DNA of 64,000 bases. It comes from Eledone cirrhosa (taxonomy: Eukaryota). Positions 26,990 to 40,217 of the stretch are shown piece by piece. Where the stretch lies: NCBI GenBank assembly GCA_964016885.1, contig OZ024741.1:41478001-41542000 (forward strand). Direction: 5' to 3'. Both the position numbers and the translations under genes were made by a program. The notes under the pieces are model-generated. The model was not told the DNA's origin. It made no database searches and saw nothing but the letters and a program-made list of their open reading frames with translations. Each line of letters starts with the position of its first letter. Positions within the stretch are counted from its first letter, which is position 1.

Positions 26990-27400
26990 CATGCATGCAT
27001 ACACACAAATGCACATGCATACACACAAACACACATGCATACACAGAAACACATACATACACACAAACACACATGCATACACACAAACACATACATACAC
27101 ACAAACACACATGAATACATACAAACGTACATGAATACACACAAACACACATGCATACACACAAACACACATGCATACATACAAACACACATGCATACAC
27201 ACAAACACACATGCATACACACAAACACACATGAATACACACAAACACACATGAATACACACAAACACACATGCATACATACAAACGCGCTTGCACACAC
27301 ACAAACGCACATGCATACACACAAATGCACATGCATACACACAAATGCACATGAATACACACAAACACACATGCATACACACACACAAACACACATGCTT
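26990..27400. repeat. 20-bp minisatellite (ACACACAAACACACATGCAT)n
   Basis: Directly visible. Confidence 0.9.
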
Positions 27401-28819
27401 GCATACATGTGACCAGACACATGCACACATACATACAAGTAAATGCGCACATGCAAACACATATGTAACATAATGGTAAGTGGGGGAGCTAGGTGGGTGT
27501 GAATAAAAATAATGCACAAGATCTTATTTATTTTTAAATAATTTCTTTAAAATGAGACAAAATAACAACAACAATAAATAATAATAAATAAAAACTATAA
27601 AAACAAAATCACACAAAAGCAAAATCCAAAAGAGGGAGGGGGGGGGCAAAATGCAAAAGGAAGACTGAATGAGACACTGAAACATTAAATAAAAATAATT
27701 TTTCAGAAAAATTATTAAATTCATTTTCAAAATAATATTGAAATAAAAATGAACTGTTATATTATATGTTGCAGTTGATTAATTTAACTAATGTAGCTGC
27801 CATTTCTGTAATTACACGACTTCCTGTAGTTATTTTGGCATTAACTACTATTTTTCTCCCACCACAACCACTGCCATCAACAACAATAACAACTACTACA
27901 CCTTTAATTTAATTTCATTTAGATTTGTCATATTTACCAATTATTATTTTTGATTTTCATTTTTCTATTTTATTTATTGTATTTATTTATTCATTTACTT
28001 TATTTTTCTTCCTACTCTGCACCCCTATTCTTCCCTTCCTCACCATCTTCCTGCCCTTTCTCACCCACCCCCTTCTTTGCCACCCCATATTTTCTTTCTC
28101 CCACATCTATCTTTCCTTCTCTCACTTCACCCCATATTTCTAATTTGATTAAAAGTTAAGTTCTGTGTGTGAGGGGGCGTTTCCCCCGCTCCACCACCAC
28201 CAAGAATGAACCATTTATTTGTCAATAAAGCTGATTTCAATGCACCACCACAACACAGCTACCCCACCCTCTTTATTATAATGCAATGATGCAAAGATGC
28301 AGTGATGCAGCAGCAATAGCGTACATGTTAAAATGCATATCTAAATGCTCTTTCCGCTGAGCTTTAATAGACAAATTAAATTGAATTGCAAAATATAATT
28401 AAAATCTTTTTTCGAACGATGAATGTTAAAAGGAAATAAATATTTAGTAACTGTTGTAAACCTTGATCTTTTCACTGATGAAGAAACAGGATAAACGGTA
28501 TATATAATCATTTGAAATGGCAAGTCTAGCGAGATAGGTTGGGAGAGAAAGGGAAAAGTAAAGAAGCATAGGAATAAGATATATTATAATAAATGTACAG
28601 TAGTTTCTGTCCGTCTGTCATATGAATACTACAATCTGTCAGAAACATCCTAAAATTTTCATTTAGAATTCATGGAAGACAAATATAAGGCAAAAAAATG
28701 GAGGGGATATTGGCAAATATTCTAAAGTGTGTTCACCGCCAATAGTGTTGTCTATTTGTTTCTTTGTCTATATCTATCTGCACATATACATATTATCATC
28801 ATTCATATATATACATATA

Positions 28820-29390
28820 TCATCATCATCACTGTTTTACGTCCGTTCTTCAACGCTAGCATGGATTAGACAGGTTGTCCTGTTGTAGGCAGTGTCCAGT
28901 CGGCTGACCTTGTCTTGCTCATACAGGAACTGACTCTGGCTTGATTTCTACAGCTGGATGCCCTTCCTAACACCAACCTCATTTACAGTGAGTGCTGGGT
29001 GCTTTTTTTCTGTAACGCCTCCACATCCACTTTACAGTGTGGACTGGGTGCTTTTTTGCCGTGGCACCTCCACGACCACTTTGGGGGGGGGGGGCATATT
29101 GTCTTGTTTTGGCTTGTACCCGTGGGAAGTTGGGTCTTTTGTACTGCATGATGCCAGAGGTCACGGTCATGTGTCATTGCCCTTGAGAGGTGCAATTGGG
29201 TAAGGTCGGCTTTTATCGCCTCATCCCAGGTCTTCTTGGGTCTCCCCACTCCGCGGCTTCCATCGACTTCTAGTGCTCTGCAACTTTTTATGCAGCTGTC
29301 ATCCTTCATACGCATCACTTGCCCATACCAACGCAACCTCCTCTCCTGCACACAGCATTTGATTCCTCTTACGCTCAATCTCTCTCTCAA
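28820..29390 (-). mobile_element. 5'-truncated RTE LINE (related family) with 3' UTR
   Basis: Translation RERLSVRGIKCCVQERRLRWYGQVMRMKDDSCIKSC...GRPKKTW; the UTR contains the shared module; tail (GAT)n. Confidence 0.9.
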
Positions 29391-29511
29391 TTACTATTAC
29401 ACATCAATCAGAGCATGCAAGCTTCATTTCTTTCTAATCTACGCGTATATATATATATATACATATATATATGTACATATATATATGTATATATATATAT
29501 ATCAACACTAA

Positions 29512-30428
29512 TGGTTTATGATTTAGGCACAAGGCCAAACATTTTTGAGGAAAGGCAAAGTCAATTAAATCAACCTCTGTGTGTTACTGTTGCTTGATTT
29601 AATGACCCCAAAAGAATGAAAAGCAAAGCTAACCTCTGTGGGATTTAAGCACAAAACAAAGGGACATAACTATATGACGTCTGATGCTGTAACAATTCTA
29701 CCAATCCACCACCCTAATAATAATAATTGTTTCTACTTTAGGCACAAGGCCAGCAATTACCCAGTGCATTACTGGTACTTTATTTTATCGACCCCGTAAG
29801 GATGAAAGGCAAAGTCAACCTCGGCGGGATTTGAACTCAGATCGTAAAGGGACGTAACTATGCTGGAAAGCATGGTGTCCGACCCTCTACCAATACTGCC
29901 AATCCACCACTCTAATAATAATAATACTTTCTGATTTAGACACAAGGTCAACAATTTTGTGGGAGGGGAAATAAATTAAATCGACCTCAGTGCTTGACTG
30001 GTACCTTATTTTATCAACTCCAGATGACAGGTAAAGTTGTCCTTGGTGGGAATCCAATACATAACATAAAGAATCAGAACAAATGCCACAACCTATCTCT
30101 CCCCAGCTCTAACTATCTCTCCCCAGCTCTAACTATCTCTCCCCAGCTCTAACTATCTCTCCACAGCTCTAACTATCTCTCCCCAGCTCTATCTCTCAAC
30201 AGTTCTATCTCTCTCCCCAGCTCTAACTATCTCTCCCCAGCTCTAACTATCTCTCCCCAACTCTAACTATCTCTCCACAGCTCTATCTCTCTCTCCACAA
30301 TTCTAACTATCTCTGCACAGCTCTAACTATCTCTCCCCAGCTCTAACTATCTCTCCCCAGCTCTATCTCTCTCTGCACAGCTCTAACTATCTCTCCACTC
30401 CTCTAACAATTCTGCCAGTTCATTGCCA
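29512..30428 (-). mobile_element. Cluster of three tandem family 1 SINEs; the third contains a 20-bp tandem expansion (~30092-30405)
   Basis: Three successive CACAAGG(C/T)CA...core matches separated by (TAA)n; repeat unit CTCTAACTATCTCTCCCCAG. Confidence 0.8.
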
Positions 30429-30828
30429 TAATAATAGGAATGAAAAAGAGAACAACTTGCTATTGTAAATAAATTAACAGCTATGATGTCTATAGCTAAG
30501 ATTAAGTATGATTGAAAAGGATATGTTTAAGTAATAATATACTTGTAGGGAGAAGAGGAGGAATAGGAGGCCAGCTGAAGAGGAATAAAGAAAGAAAAAA
30601 GATGAAGCAATGTATGAGGGAGGAGATGTTGGACACTGAGAAGATAGATGGAAAGGAGAATTATGACAAAGAAGGAAAAAAAGTAAGATTTTATAATACC
30701 AGAGAAAAATGTTTAGACCATTGGAAATATTCAAAGACACACACACGTGGGTGTAGCTATGTGTGTATTTCACAAAAAAAGAAAGCTAAATGTAGAATTG
30801 AATAGGTTGGAATAAGTTGTTTTTTTTA

Positions 30829-30863
<35 letters not shown>

Positions 30864-31537
30864 TGGAGTGACAGCATATCTTCAAATTACTGAAAACAAC
30901 AATATTTCTGTCTTGAATACTAATGAGGCTTCTTTTGCTTCCCACCATTTCTCTCTCTCTTCTATCTATCTATCTTTCTGTCTCTAACATTAACCAGGCA
31001 CATAAATGAATAAATAAATAAGTAAATAAACAAATAAATAAAGTGAAATATAATCAATAAAGAAAGATATTTTCCCCATACAAACACAAAAAATAAAATT
31101 AAAAAATTATTTTTTTCAGAAAATAATAAATGGGTTGTTGTTAATATTTTGGAAGATTTATAGCTAGCTTGCACTGTATCTACTAAATTCAATTCACCCA
31201 TAAATTGTATTTTAAGATTTCCTATAAAACTAAAGGCTAATAATTTACATTGTAACAACAAACAGTAAAAAGAACAAAAAAAAATGGCTGTATTATGAGG
31301 TCAGGACCAAATGATGTATAGTTGACCTGGAAACGTATTATCATGTGACACAGAAACGTAAACACGACATGAGTCACCAAGTCAGCTATGCAATCGTTCA
31401 AATTGATCAATGTAGCCAAGAAATATATATCTTTTTCATCGAACTCCCCACTATCTGTAACATTGGTAAAAGACATGATTGATGTCTGAGGACTTAGTAC
31501 AGCAACATTTGTAGTATAGCAACATTAAAGAAAGGAT

Positions 31538-31877
31538 TGTAGCGGTTGTCTCCCTTGTTGTGACTCACAACCCCAATAGATTAACAACATCTAGACGGGA
31601 AGTAGAACCCTTTCTGTAACTTCCGGCAGAGCCCTATAAAACGAATAGCCTTCGGCTCTCTCCCTCTCATTTGCCCTTCCGGCGCCTGGCCTTCGCCAGG
31701 CGTCTCGCTTTGCCTGGCAATCAAAACGGTAACTACTAACTTTGTTTCATTCTATCATCTATTTCTTGGACATGTCAACTATACTGTTCTTATATATATC
31801 CATGATTGTTAATTAAATATTATACACACAAACAAAGCCTCCTTGTTACATTCATACAACCCAGTATCTTCGCTATA
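31538..31877 (+). mobile_element. Solo LTR (Ty3/Gypsy-like), 340 bp
   Basis: Termini TGTAGCG...CGCTATA, perfect 4-bp TSD GGAT (31534-31537, 31878-31881), TATA box CCTATAAAA; clearly homologous to the LTRs at 57872 and 59671. Confidence 0.88.
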
Positions 31878-34532
31878 GGATTGTCTCAGCTAAAATACAC
31901 TGATTGAAATAGCTCACTGATCAAATATCTTCATGTTATAGGTTAAACTCAAGAAAATAGTTACAGTAGCATTTACAATGACAACAATAAGTATGAAAGT
32001 ATTAGACAGGATTGCTTGCCTCTTTTGAGACCAAACCACATCAACACATGCCAGGCTTGTTGATACAAAGCCATTTATTTTAACACTTTCTTTACCATAC
32101 TTCTAATGAAATATACTGGCTATGTGATTCAGTTAATTTTGAGAATAATTAAATATTTGGAGTAATGCAATCAAATAACTGGTGATGGCAGGGGAGGAGG
32201 AGGAGTAAGGGAGGAGGATTGAATACCATGGTAATGTATTTCATTAGAAATATGTTAATGAATTGCATTACAGAAAGAACTGTATCAGCCAAAATACTGA
32301 TTGAGCAATTCACTGATTAACAGCAACAACATCTGCAATAACATGAAGCTATTAGATAAATTACTGACCCCTCTAATACCAAACTCTCTGTACTGACACT
32401 TAGTGAGATTTGAACTCAGAGTGCAGAGAACCACAACCAATAACACAAAGGTATCTAACCCAACAGTCTAACATTTCGAGACTTCAGCATCTTACATCAC
32501 ATTTGATAACCATTCAAGTAAAATTCAAACTTAAAATTAAAACAAGTTTTAAAAAAAAAGGTAAGATGACTAATTAACATGAATGGAGACTGACAAATTG
32601 ACAAATTTCTCTAATAAAGAACTCACGAAAAACTGACGAAATTTTCTAAATATTTTTTCATGTGAAACTTTGTTGTAAACTTTGAAAAAAATGTTCAGAC
32701 TCAACAAACTTAAGATTTCTGGGTATCAGAATATAAGACAGTTCAAAGAAAATATAATCAAATTTAAAATAAAGAAGAAAAAAAAAGCAAGAAAAATAAA
32801 TAAAAGAAACCAAGAAGAACATTCACAGTTAACATTCTGTAAGTTGAAAGTTATGAGAGTGATGCCAACAAGGAAAACTAATTTGGTTTGCCAGAGAAAA
32901 GTTGAACAATCTGTCAATGCAGCCATAGACAGCGATGGATTTCATTGAAGTGATAGCAACTTATATTGGTGGCGGTTCTAAGGCAATTACCTAGCATTTG
33001 TTGCAGACAGTTTTCCTCTGCAACTGAATGGAACAAACGCTATCCTTTAAGACATGGAATAACTTGTATTGATGAAGTTCTTGAGAAACTTGGCATGAGA
33101 GGAAAATTGAAAATTGAAACACACCACCAACCAACCCTTGCACTTTCTAATTTGTTTCCAGCCCTCTGATTTATTTTATCGAATAAACCATCAAATAACT
33201 AACTGCTACAGTTGTATAAATACACAGAAAGATCATTGTATAGCTAACAATGCACTAGTATCACCAACATGGTCTTTAGAGATTTGAGTTAAAAACATTT
33301 CTAAAAAAAATCATAGACATAACTAGTTTTTGAATAAGAAGGAATTTGCTGTGAAAAGAATGAAGCGTAAACACACTTTCAACTATTCTTCTATACACAG
33401 TAAAACATAAGAGATTACTTTTGTATATTTTGGAGATTGTTGTCTCCTCATTGGAAAATCACTTATTTGATTTTGTCTACAGATAATCTAGTAAAGAAAC
33501 ACTATATATAGACATAGTTGTGTGATTAAAAAGTGTGTTGCACAATAAAATTGTTTCAGATTCAATTCCATTGGCTGAGACCCTTGAGCAAGTGTTCCTA
33601 CTATAGTCTCAGGTTGAGCAACACCCTTATGAATGGAAACTTGGGTAAATAGAAACTGTGCATAAGCTTGTCATATATATGCATACAACTCTGCGTTTGT
33701 GTATGTAAGTGTATTTAGTTACACCCATTTTAAAGGTTTCCAATTTAAATATAAATCTTCCAACATAATTTTATATAAGAACCTTACATTAAGTTGCTAT
33801 GTTAATAATTAATAATTTTAGTAAATCATTCAAAATTCTTCATTAGTTAATTAAAATAGAGGGTATTTCATTAGAAATGGCAGTCATGAAAGGGTTAACA
33901 GTCAACATTTTGTAATCATTTACCAAAGAACATCTAAAACCGTGTTTGTTATTTCAAATATTTATAGTAACTTAACTCGTGCATGTTTGTTAAAATTTAC
34001 AGTAAACTATAGCAAAAGACTTTAAAATCTTTACTGTGATACAGTCATATTGATTTTAAAAATTTTTTTGTTTACATTAAAGAATCGCTATCATGGTTTG
34101 ATCTGGTAGAGATGTTAAAAAGTTTGATCTGGTACAAATGTGAATAGCATGGGTAACTAATGGTTATCTAATTCCATGAAAATATGATGACAGTATAGGA
34201 TATATAACATCTGCTTCATTTTTCTAATCATTATGGTGAATTCTGAAACTAGGGAGATTCTCGAAGGAGCATTTTTGGAAATACACACTGAATAGTTTCT
34301 TCAGAAACATATAAAGAAAATAAAAAAGATCATTTCATAAGAACAACTAGATGTGAGATAGTGACTAAAAAACAATAGTTGAGTAGATAAAATATCTGGA
34401 TGGTTCACCAAAGGCAAGATTTGTGTGTGTGCAAACATAGCATTTATGTGAATGTGCATACACACACCCATATTATATATATATAAATATATATATATAG
34501 AGAGAGAGAGATACCACACACACACACACACA

Positions 34533-34739
34533 AAGAAGATTGAGGTTAGCTGGACATGCTCATTGACATTCAGAGCTGAAACTGCACTCAGTGGCCCTGT
34601 GGGAGCCCCTACACCGGACACACTGGAAGAGAGAGACCGAGAATGATATATGCTGATGCCCTAAGGACAGACATTAGTCCCCATGTGGGACATACCAAGG
34701 ATGATGAAGGACAGAGACCACTGGAGAGAACTTATCCAT

Positions 34740-34740
<1 letters not shown>
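34533..34740 (+). mobile_element. Decayed LINE C-terminal fragment (RTE-like); duplicated at ~35570-35778
   Basis: Translation RRLRLAGHAH*HSELKLHSVALWEPLH resembles the RRLRxAGH..RHxE..LWxP motif of RTE-group ORFs. Confidence 0.6.
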
Positions 34741-34791
<51 letters not shown>

Positions 34792-35114
34792 CAATGTATA
34801 ACGAAAGCTACAAAATAAACCAATCTAACCAAATGTAATAGTTTAAGTAAAAGATGTGTAGTTTAGAGTAGGTTTACATCATTGGTACTGTTGATATGGC
34901 TCACTGATGTGGACATTGCTATATATATACACCCCACACATCTGCCCTATCCTCCCATTTTCGTCCACTTTGTCAATAGCACAACAAAAAGCACCCAGTC
35001 CGCACTGTAAGGTGGTCGTGTAGGAGACACGGTAAAACGGCTCCCAATCCACACTGTAAATGTGGTTGGTGTTAGGAAGGGCATCCAGCCATAGAAACCG
35101 CCAGAGACACCTCA

Positions 35115-35314
35115 NNNNNNNNNNNNNNNNNNNNNNNNNNNNNNNNNNNNNNNNNNNNNNNNNNNNNNNNNNNNNNNNNNNNNNNNNNNNNNNNNNNNNN
35201 NNNNNNNNNNNNNNNNNNNNNNNNNNNNNNNNNNNNNNNNNNNNNNNNNNNNNNNNNNNNNNNNNNNNNNNNNNNNNNNNNNNNNNNNNNNNNNNNNNNN
35301 NNNNNNNNNNNNNN
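35115..35314. other. Assembly gap (200 N) flanked by a direct duplication 34282-35114 / 35315-36144
   Basis: Run of Ns; the flanks are near-identical and differ mainly by 1-bp indels. Confidence 0.95.
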
Positions 35315-36290
35315 TACACACTGAATAGTTTTCTTCAGAAACATATAAAGAAAATAAAAAAAGATCATTTCATAAGAACAACTAGATGTGAGATAGTGAC
35401 TAAAAACAATAGTTGAGTAGATAAAATATCTGGATGGTTCACCAAAGGCAAGATTTGTGTGTGTGCAATACATAGCATTTATGTGAATGTGCATACACAC
35501 ACCCATATAATATATATATAAATATATATATAGAGAGAGAGAGAGATACACCACACTCACACACACACAAAGAAGATTGAGGTTAGCTGGACATGCTCAT
35601 TGACATTCAGAGCTGAAACTGCACTCAGTGGCCCTGTGGGAGCCCCTACACGGACACACTGGAAGAGAGAGACCGAGAATGATATATGCTGATGCCCTAA
35701 GGACAGACATTAGTCCCCATGTGGGACATTACCAAGGATGATGAAGGACAGAGACCACTGGAGAGAACTTATCCATGGATATATATATATACTATATATA
35801 TATATATATATATAGCAATGGTATAACGAAAGCTACAAAATAAACCAATCTAACCAAATGTAATAGTTTAAGTAAAAGATGTGTAGTTTAGAGTAGGTTT
35901 ACATCATTGGTACTGTTGATATGGCTCTCACTGATGTGGACATTGCTATATATATACACCCCACACATCTGCCCTATCCTCCCATTTTCTCGTCCACTTT
36001 GTCAATAGCACAACAAAAAGCACCCAGTCCACACTGTAAGGTGGTCGTGTAGGAGACACGGTAAAACGGCTCCAATCCACACTGTAAAATGTGGTTGGTG
36101 TTAGGAAGGGCATCCAGCCATAGAAAACCTGCCAGAGACACCTCCGTATGAGTGAGACACAGTCTCCCAACCATTCCTGGCATCAAATGGAACAAAACCG
36201 TCTAACCTATGCTAGCAAGGAAGATGGGACGTTAAACGATGATGATGATGATGATGATGATGATGATATATATATATATATATATATATA

Positions 36291-36465
36291 TAGAAGTGGT
36301 TACACAACAGTTAGTTCACCATACCGGAAAACAATTGTTTCACCTTAGCGGATCCTCAGCAGGATCATCGCTAAGTGTGAAACAATTGTTGTGTAACCAC
36401 TTCTACCTAACTCGTCCATGGACTGAGTGCTCTACCACTACGGATATTACCTTCCAGTGTTCCAC

Positions 36466-36470
<5 letters not shown>
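36291..36470. mobile_element. Small fold-back insert in (TA)n, probable Penelope-like pLTR remnant
   Basis: Nested inverted repeats TAGAAGTGGTTACACAACA and AACAATTGTTTCAC..TTAGCG; GAAACAATTGT motif. Confidence 0.5.
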
Positions 36471-36518
<48 letters not shown>

Positions 36519-36781
36519 TCATCACCGTTTTATGTCCATTTTCCCATACTAGTATAGGTTAGAATGAGTTGTTCTATTTCTGTTGTGTTGCAATGCCAGG
36601 TCAGGTGACCATGTCTTTATCATACAGAACTGATTTTGGCTTGGTTTTGGTTCAGCTGGATACCTTTCCTAACACGTATATATATTTGTGATAATATGTG
36701 TCATTGGTTCAATCTCTACACATGCTGATGCCCACTTCTCTCTGTACTAGGGCCTTTATGTCCTGTTATTATTAGGACTAT

Positions 36782-36972
36782 AGTGGATTGGCAGTATCAG
36801 TAGAGGGTTGGACGCCATGCGCTTTGACGCATAGAGTTTACGGCCCTTGCCATTCTGAGTTCAAATCCCGCCGAGGTTAACTTTGCCTTTCATCCTTACG
36901 GGGTCGATAAAATAAGTACCAGTAATGCACTGGGTAATTTCTGGCCTTGTGCCAAAAAGTAGAAACAATTAT
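36782..36972 (+). mobile_element. SINE family 1
   Basis: Full-length copy with B-box GAGTTCAAATCCC. Confidence 0.88.
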
Positions 36973-39289
36973 TAGATTATAGTTTCGTAGTCTCAAAATA
37001 TAATATATAGTGAAAGCTACTAATTCAATTCAATTTCCAAATTTCACTGCCGTCTTCTAAACCTGTCATTGTTTGCATATGAATGTGTGTGTCTGTATAT
37101 ACAGAACTGTAACCTGCCAAAAACAGTTCTGTAAGAGTGAGACACGGTCACCTGATCAATCTTGCCTCAAGTGGGACAAACCCATCCAACCCATGCTAGC
37201 GTGGAAGATGGACGTTAAATGATGAAGATGATGATATATATATATATATATAAAAAGTGGAAGAATATAATCAAGAATTTATGTGTTGGCAACCTTTGAT
37301 TAACAGTCAAATTTCTGCTGTTTGAATTTGAATTGCTAACTCAATACATTTAGGCACCAGAAGTGAATAAAAATGTTTAATGAATGTTAGTTGATTCTCC
37401 TCCTATTAATTTTGGATATATATGTATATATCTTTATATAATTCAAATCCAAAGATATATATATATATAGAGAGAGAGAGAGAACGAGCTATATATCACT
37501 AAAGAAACAGTATTTTTACACATATATAAAGCACATAATATTCAGGAATAAGTACATATTTTAAGGTGGAAAAGCCATTATTTTCCTTCTGGTTCTGTTT
37601 CATAGTTCATAAACCTGACCAAAGACTTGATCTAAGTAATCAATTATCGATTACTAACTATTGATTTTGATAAAGCTATGGCAGACACGAAATTAATCGT
37701 CAGAGGAATTGTCTTTAGATATGTCCCATACAGTACAAGGCAGCTTTATATCTGTTGGGATCTGAGAGCTAGCTACAACCTACATCACATGGTGTGAAAA
37801 AAGTTTCAACTGTCCAGACAGATACAAATAAGACTGGACGTTGTATCCGCTAGAAAGAAGTGTAAAGTACTAGTCACAGTTTAAGCAACTCAACAAATTA
37901 AGAATTTGGTAGTTATACACATTGTTGAATTATCATAATATATATAATATGTATGATGATTATGTTTCTCAATAAAAAAGATCAATGGGACTTGGCCCAG
38001 AGCGATCAATTGATGATACTTATTCCAGTTTCATTGGTTTTAAGTGACAGAATACAAGACTACCCTGGAGGAACACCAGTCCATTGCAGTGTTATAATCT
38101 GCCTCAATCCTAGGAACTCATCATGCCTATGTTCATCCCTGTTTCTTCAATGTTAAATGACTAAAATTATGAGACTCTCCTCTAGACAGGATCTCATTTC
38201 ATCGCAGAGTTAACCCTGAGCTACTACTGGTATCAATTGTCAATAAAGTCGACTAGAACAATGTTGAAATGAAGTGATTTGCTTAAGAACACACTATAAT
38301 ATCTGGCCCTAGAATCAAATTTATGATATCATAGTCATAAGCCCAATACCTGACAATTAATGTTCCCCAAAGTGTGTGCCAAGGAGCTCCAGCTTTCCAC
38401 GAAAGTATCATGGGTCTCCATGAAACAGAGTGTCATTTAATAAAATTTAGTAAAACTGTATTGTTTTTTGTTTTTCTCTTTCATATAGCAACATTCTCTG
38501 TCTAAAATAATTTATGTTACATTTAATGTCTTATGACTGTGAGGCCAGTTTAAAAGAGGTACATCATATCACTGTGGCTTGTAAAACTTGTCTGAAATTT
38601 GTTGGTACTAGAAAAGGCTGCCGGCTGTGAGACATTGCCCCAAAAGGACCCCAGGTCAGGGAGCCCACATGACTAATCCCTGCATTAGTGGAAGTGGCCC
38701 TAAAAATCCTGTTTCATTGACTTATTAAAATTTTATCAAAATTAGGTTTGTAGGAGGTAGAAATAAAATATAGGTGTGGGTCATGCAAATTTTTGTTTTC
38801 CTTTTTAAAAGAAATGCAAAAGAGTTTTAAAGCAAAATAAGTCTTGGAACCACTGCCCTCACAACAAGGTACCACTGCATTTTATCAAGCCTCGCCATAG
38901 ATCTCCAACTTTGTTATCCCATGACACCCTCTTGGTAGAATCACCTGGGCTAGAACAGGCTAAAGACAATGAAATGCCTAAAGCAGACTTTAAGTGAAGA
39001 TAGGTAATCAACCTTCAGCAGAATTTGTTTATATCTACTTAAATAGTCTAACTGTTTATTGCTAGTAAACAGAACATTGAAAGAATAGAATGTAATTGAA
39101 AATTTTCACTGAAAGCACACAAGAATATGAGATAAACATTGATTTTAAAAGGTCACAAACATATACATATATATATACATATAACATGAAATGGAACCGG
39201 GTAATATAATAAAGAAATAATTATCTTCTTAAGAGAGAGAAGACCAAAAGACACTTTAATCATCTTATCTATCAGAACATATATAAATA

Positions 39290-39305
39290 TACATATGTAT
39301 GTATG

Positions 39306-39378
<73 letters not shown>

Positions 39379-39794
39379 GCATACATACTTATTTATAAAC
39401 ATATATATATATATATACACACATATATACACATTTATATACATTTATATGCATATATATACATACACATTTATATACATTTATATGCATATATATATAT
39501 ATGCATACATACACATATATACACATTTATATACATATATACACACGTATATATGCATATATACATACATGCATATATATATATATATATACATATATGC
39601 ATGCATATATATATATACATATATGCATATATACATATATGCATATATATATATATACATATATGCATGCATATATATACATATTTACATGCATATAAAT
39701 ATATATATATATTTACATGCATATATGTATGTGTACACATATACATGCATATATACATGCATGTATGTATATAAACATATATACATGCATGCAT

Positions 39795-39874
<80 letters not shown>
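39290..39874. repeat. (TA)n/(TACA)n microsatellite block
   Basis: Directly visible. Confidence 0.95.
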
Positions 39875-40217
39875 GGAGGCACATGGCTTAGTGGTTAGAG
39901 CATTGGTCTTGCAATCGAAAGGTTGTGAGTTCAATTCTCAGACCGGGTGATGTGTTGTTTCCTTGAGCAAGACACTTTATTTCACATTGCTCCAGTTTAC
40001 TCAGCTGTAGAAATGAGATGATAGGGACTGGAGTCCCTATCATTCCACTGTAAAGTGGTTGTGGAGGTGCCACGGCAAAAAAGCACCCAGCACTCACTGT
40101 AAATGAGGTTGGTGTTAGGAAGGGCATCCAGCTGTAGAAATCAAGCCAGCATCAGTTCCCGTCCCACCCTTGCAAGCAGGGAAAAGCAGACGTAAAATGA
40201 AATGATGAAATGATGAT
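39875..40217 (+). mobile_element. tRNA-derived CORE-type SINE family 2, full length, with RTE-like tail
   Basis: A-box TGGCTTAGTGG, B-box GAGTTCAATTC, CORE-like CCTTGAGCAAGACACTTTATTTCAC, 3' part homologous to the LINE UTR, tail GACGTAAAATGAAATGATGA. Confidence 0.88.

Noticed and set aside
34282-36144. Possible LTR pair or segmental duplication
   Set aside because: It abuts an N gap, has no LTR termini or PBS, and its differences look like sequencing indels
38360-38855. Possible hAT MITE (TGTTCCCCAAAGTG ... GGAACCACTG)
   Set aside because: The left TIR is degenerate and no TSD could be confirmed
39875-39950. Possible tRNA gene
   Set aside because: tRNA-like A/B boxes run directly into the SINE core and tail; it is a SINE head
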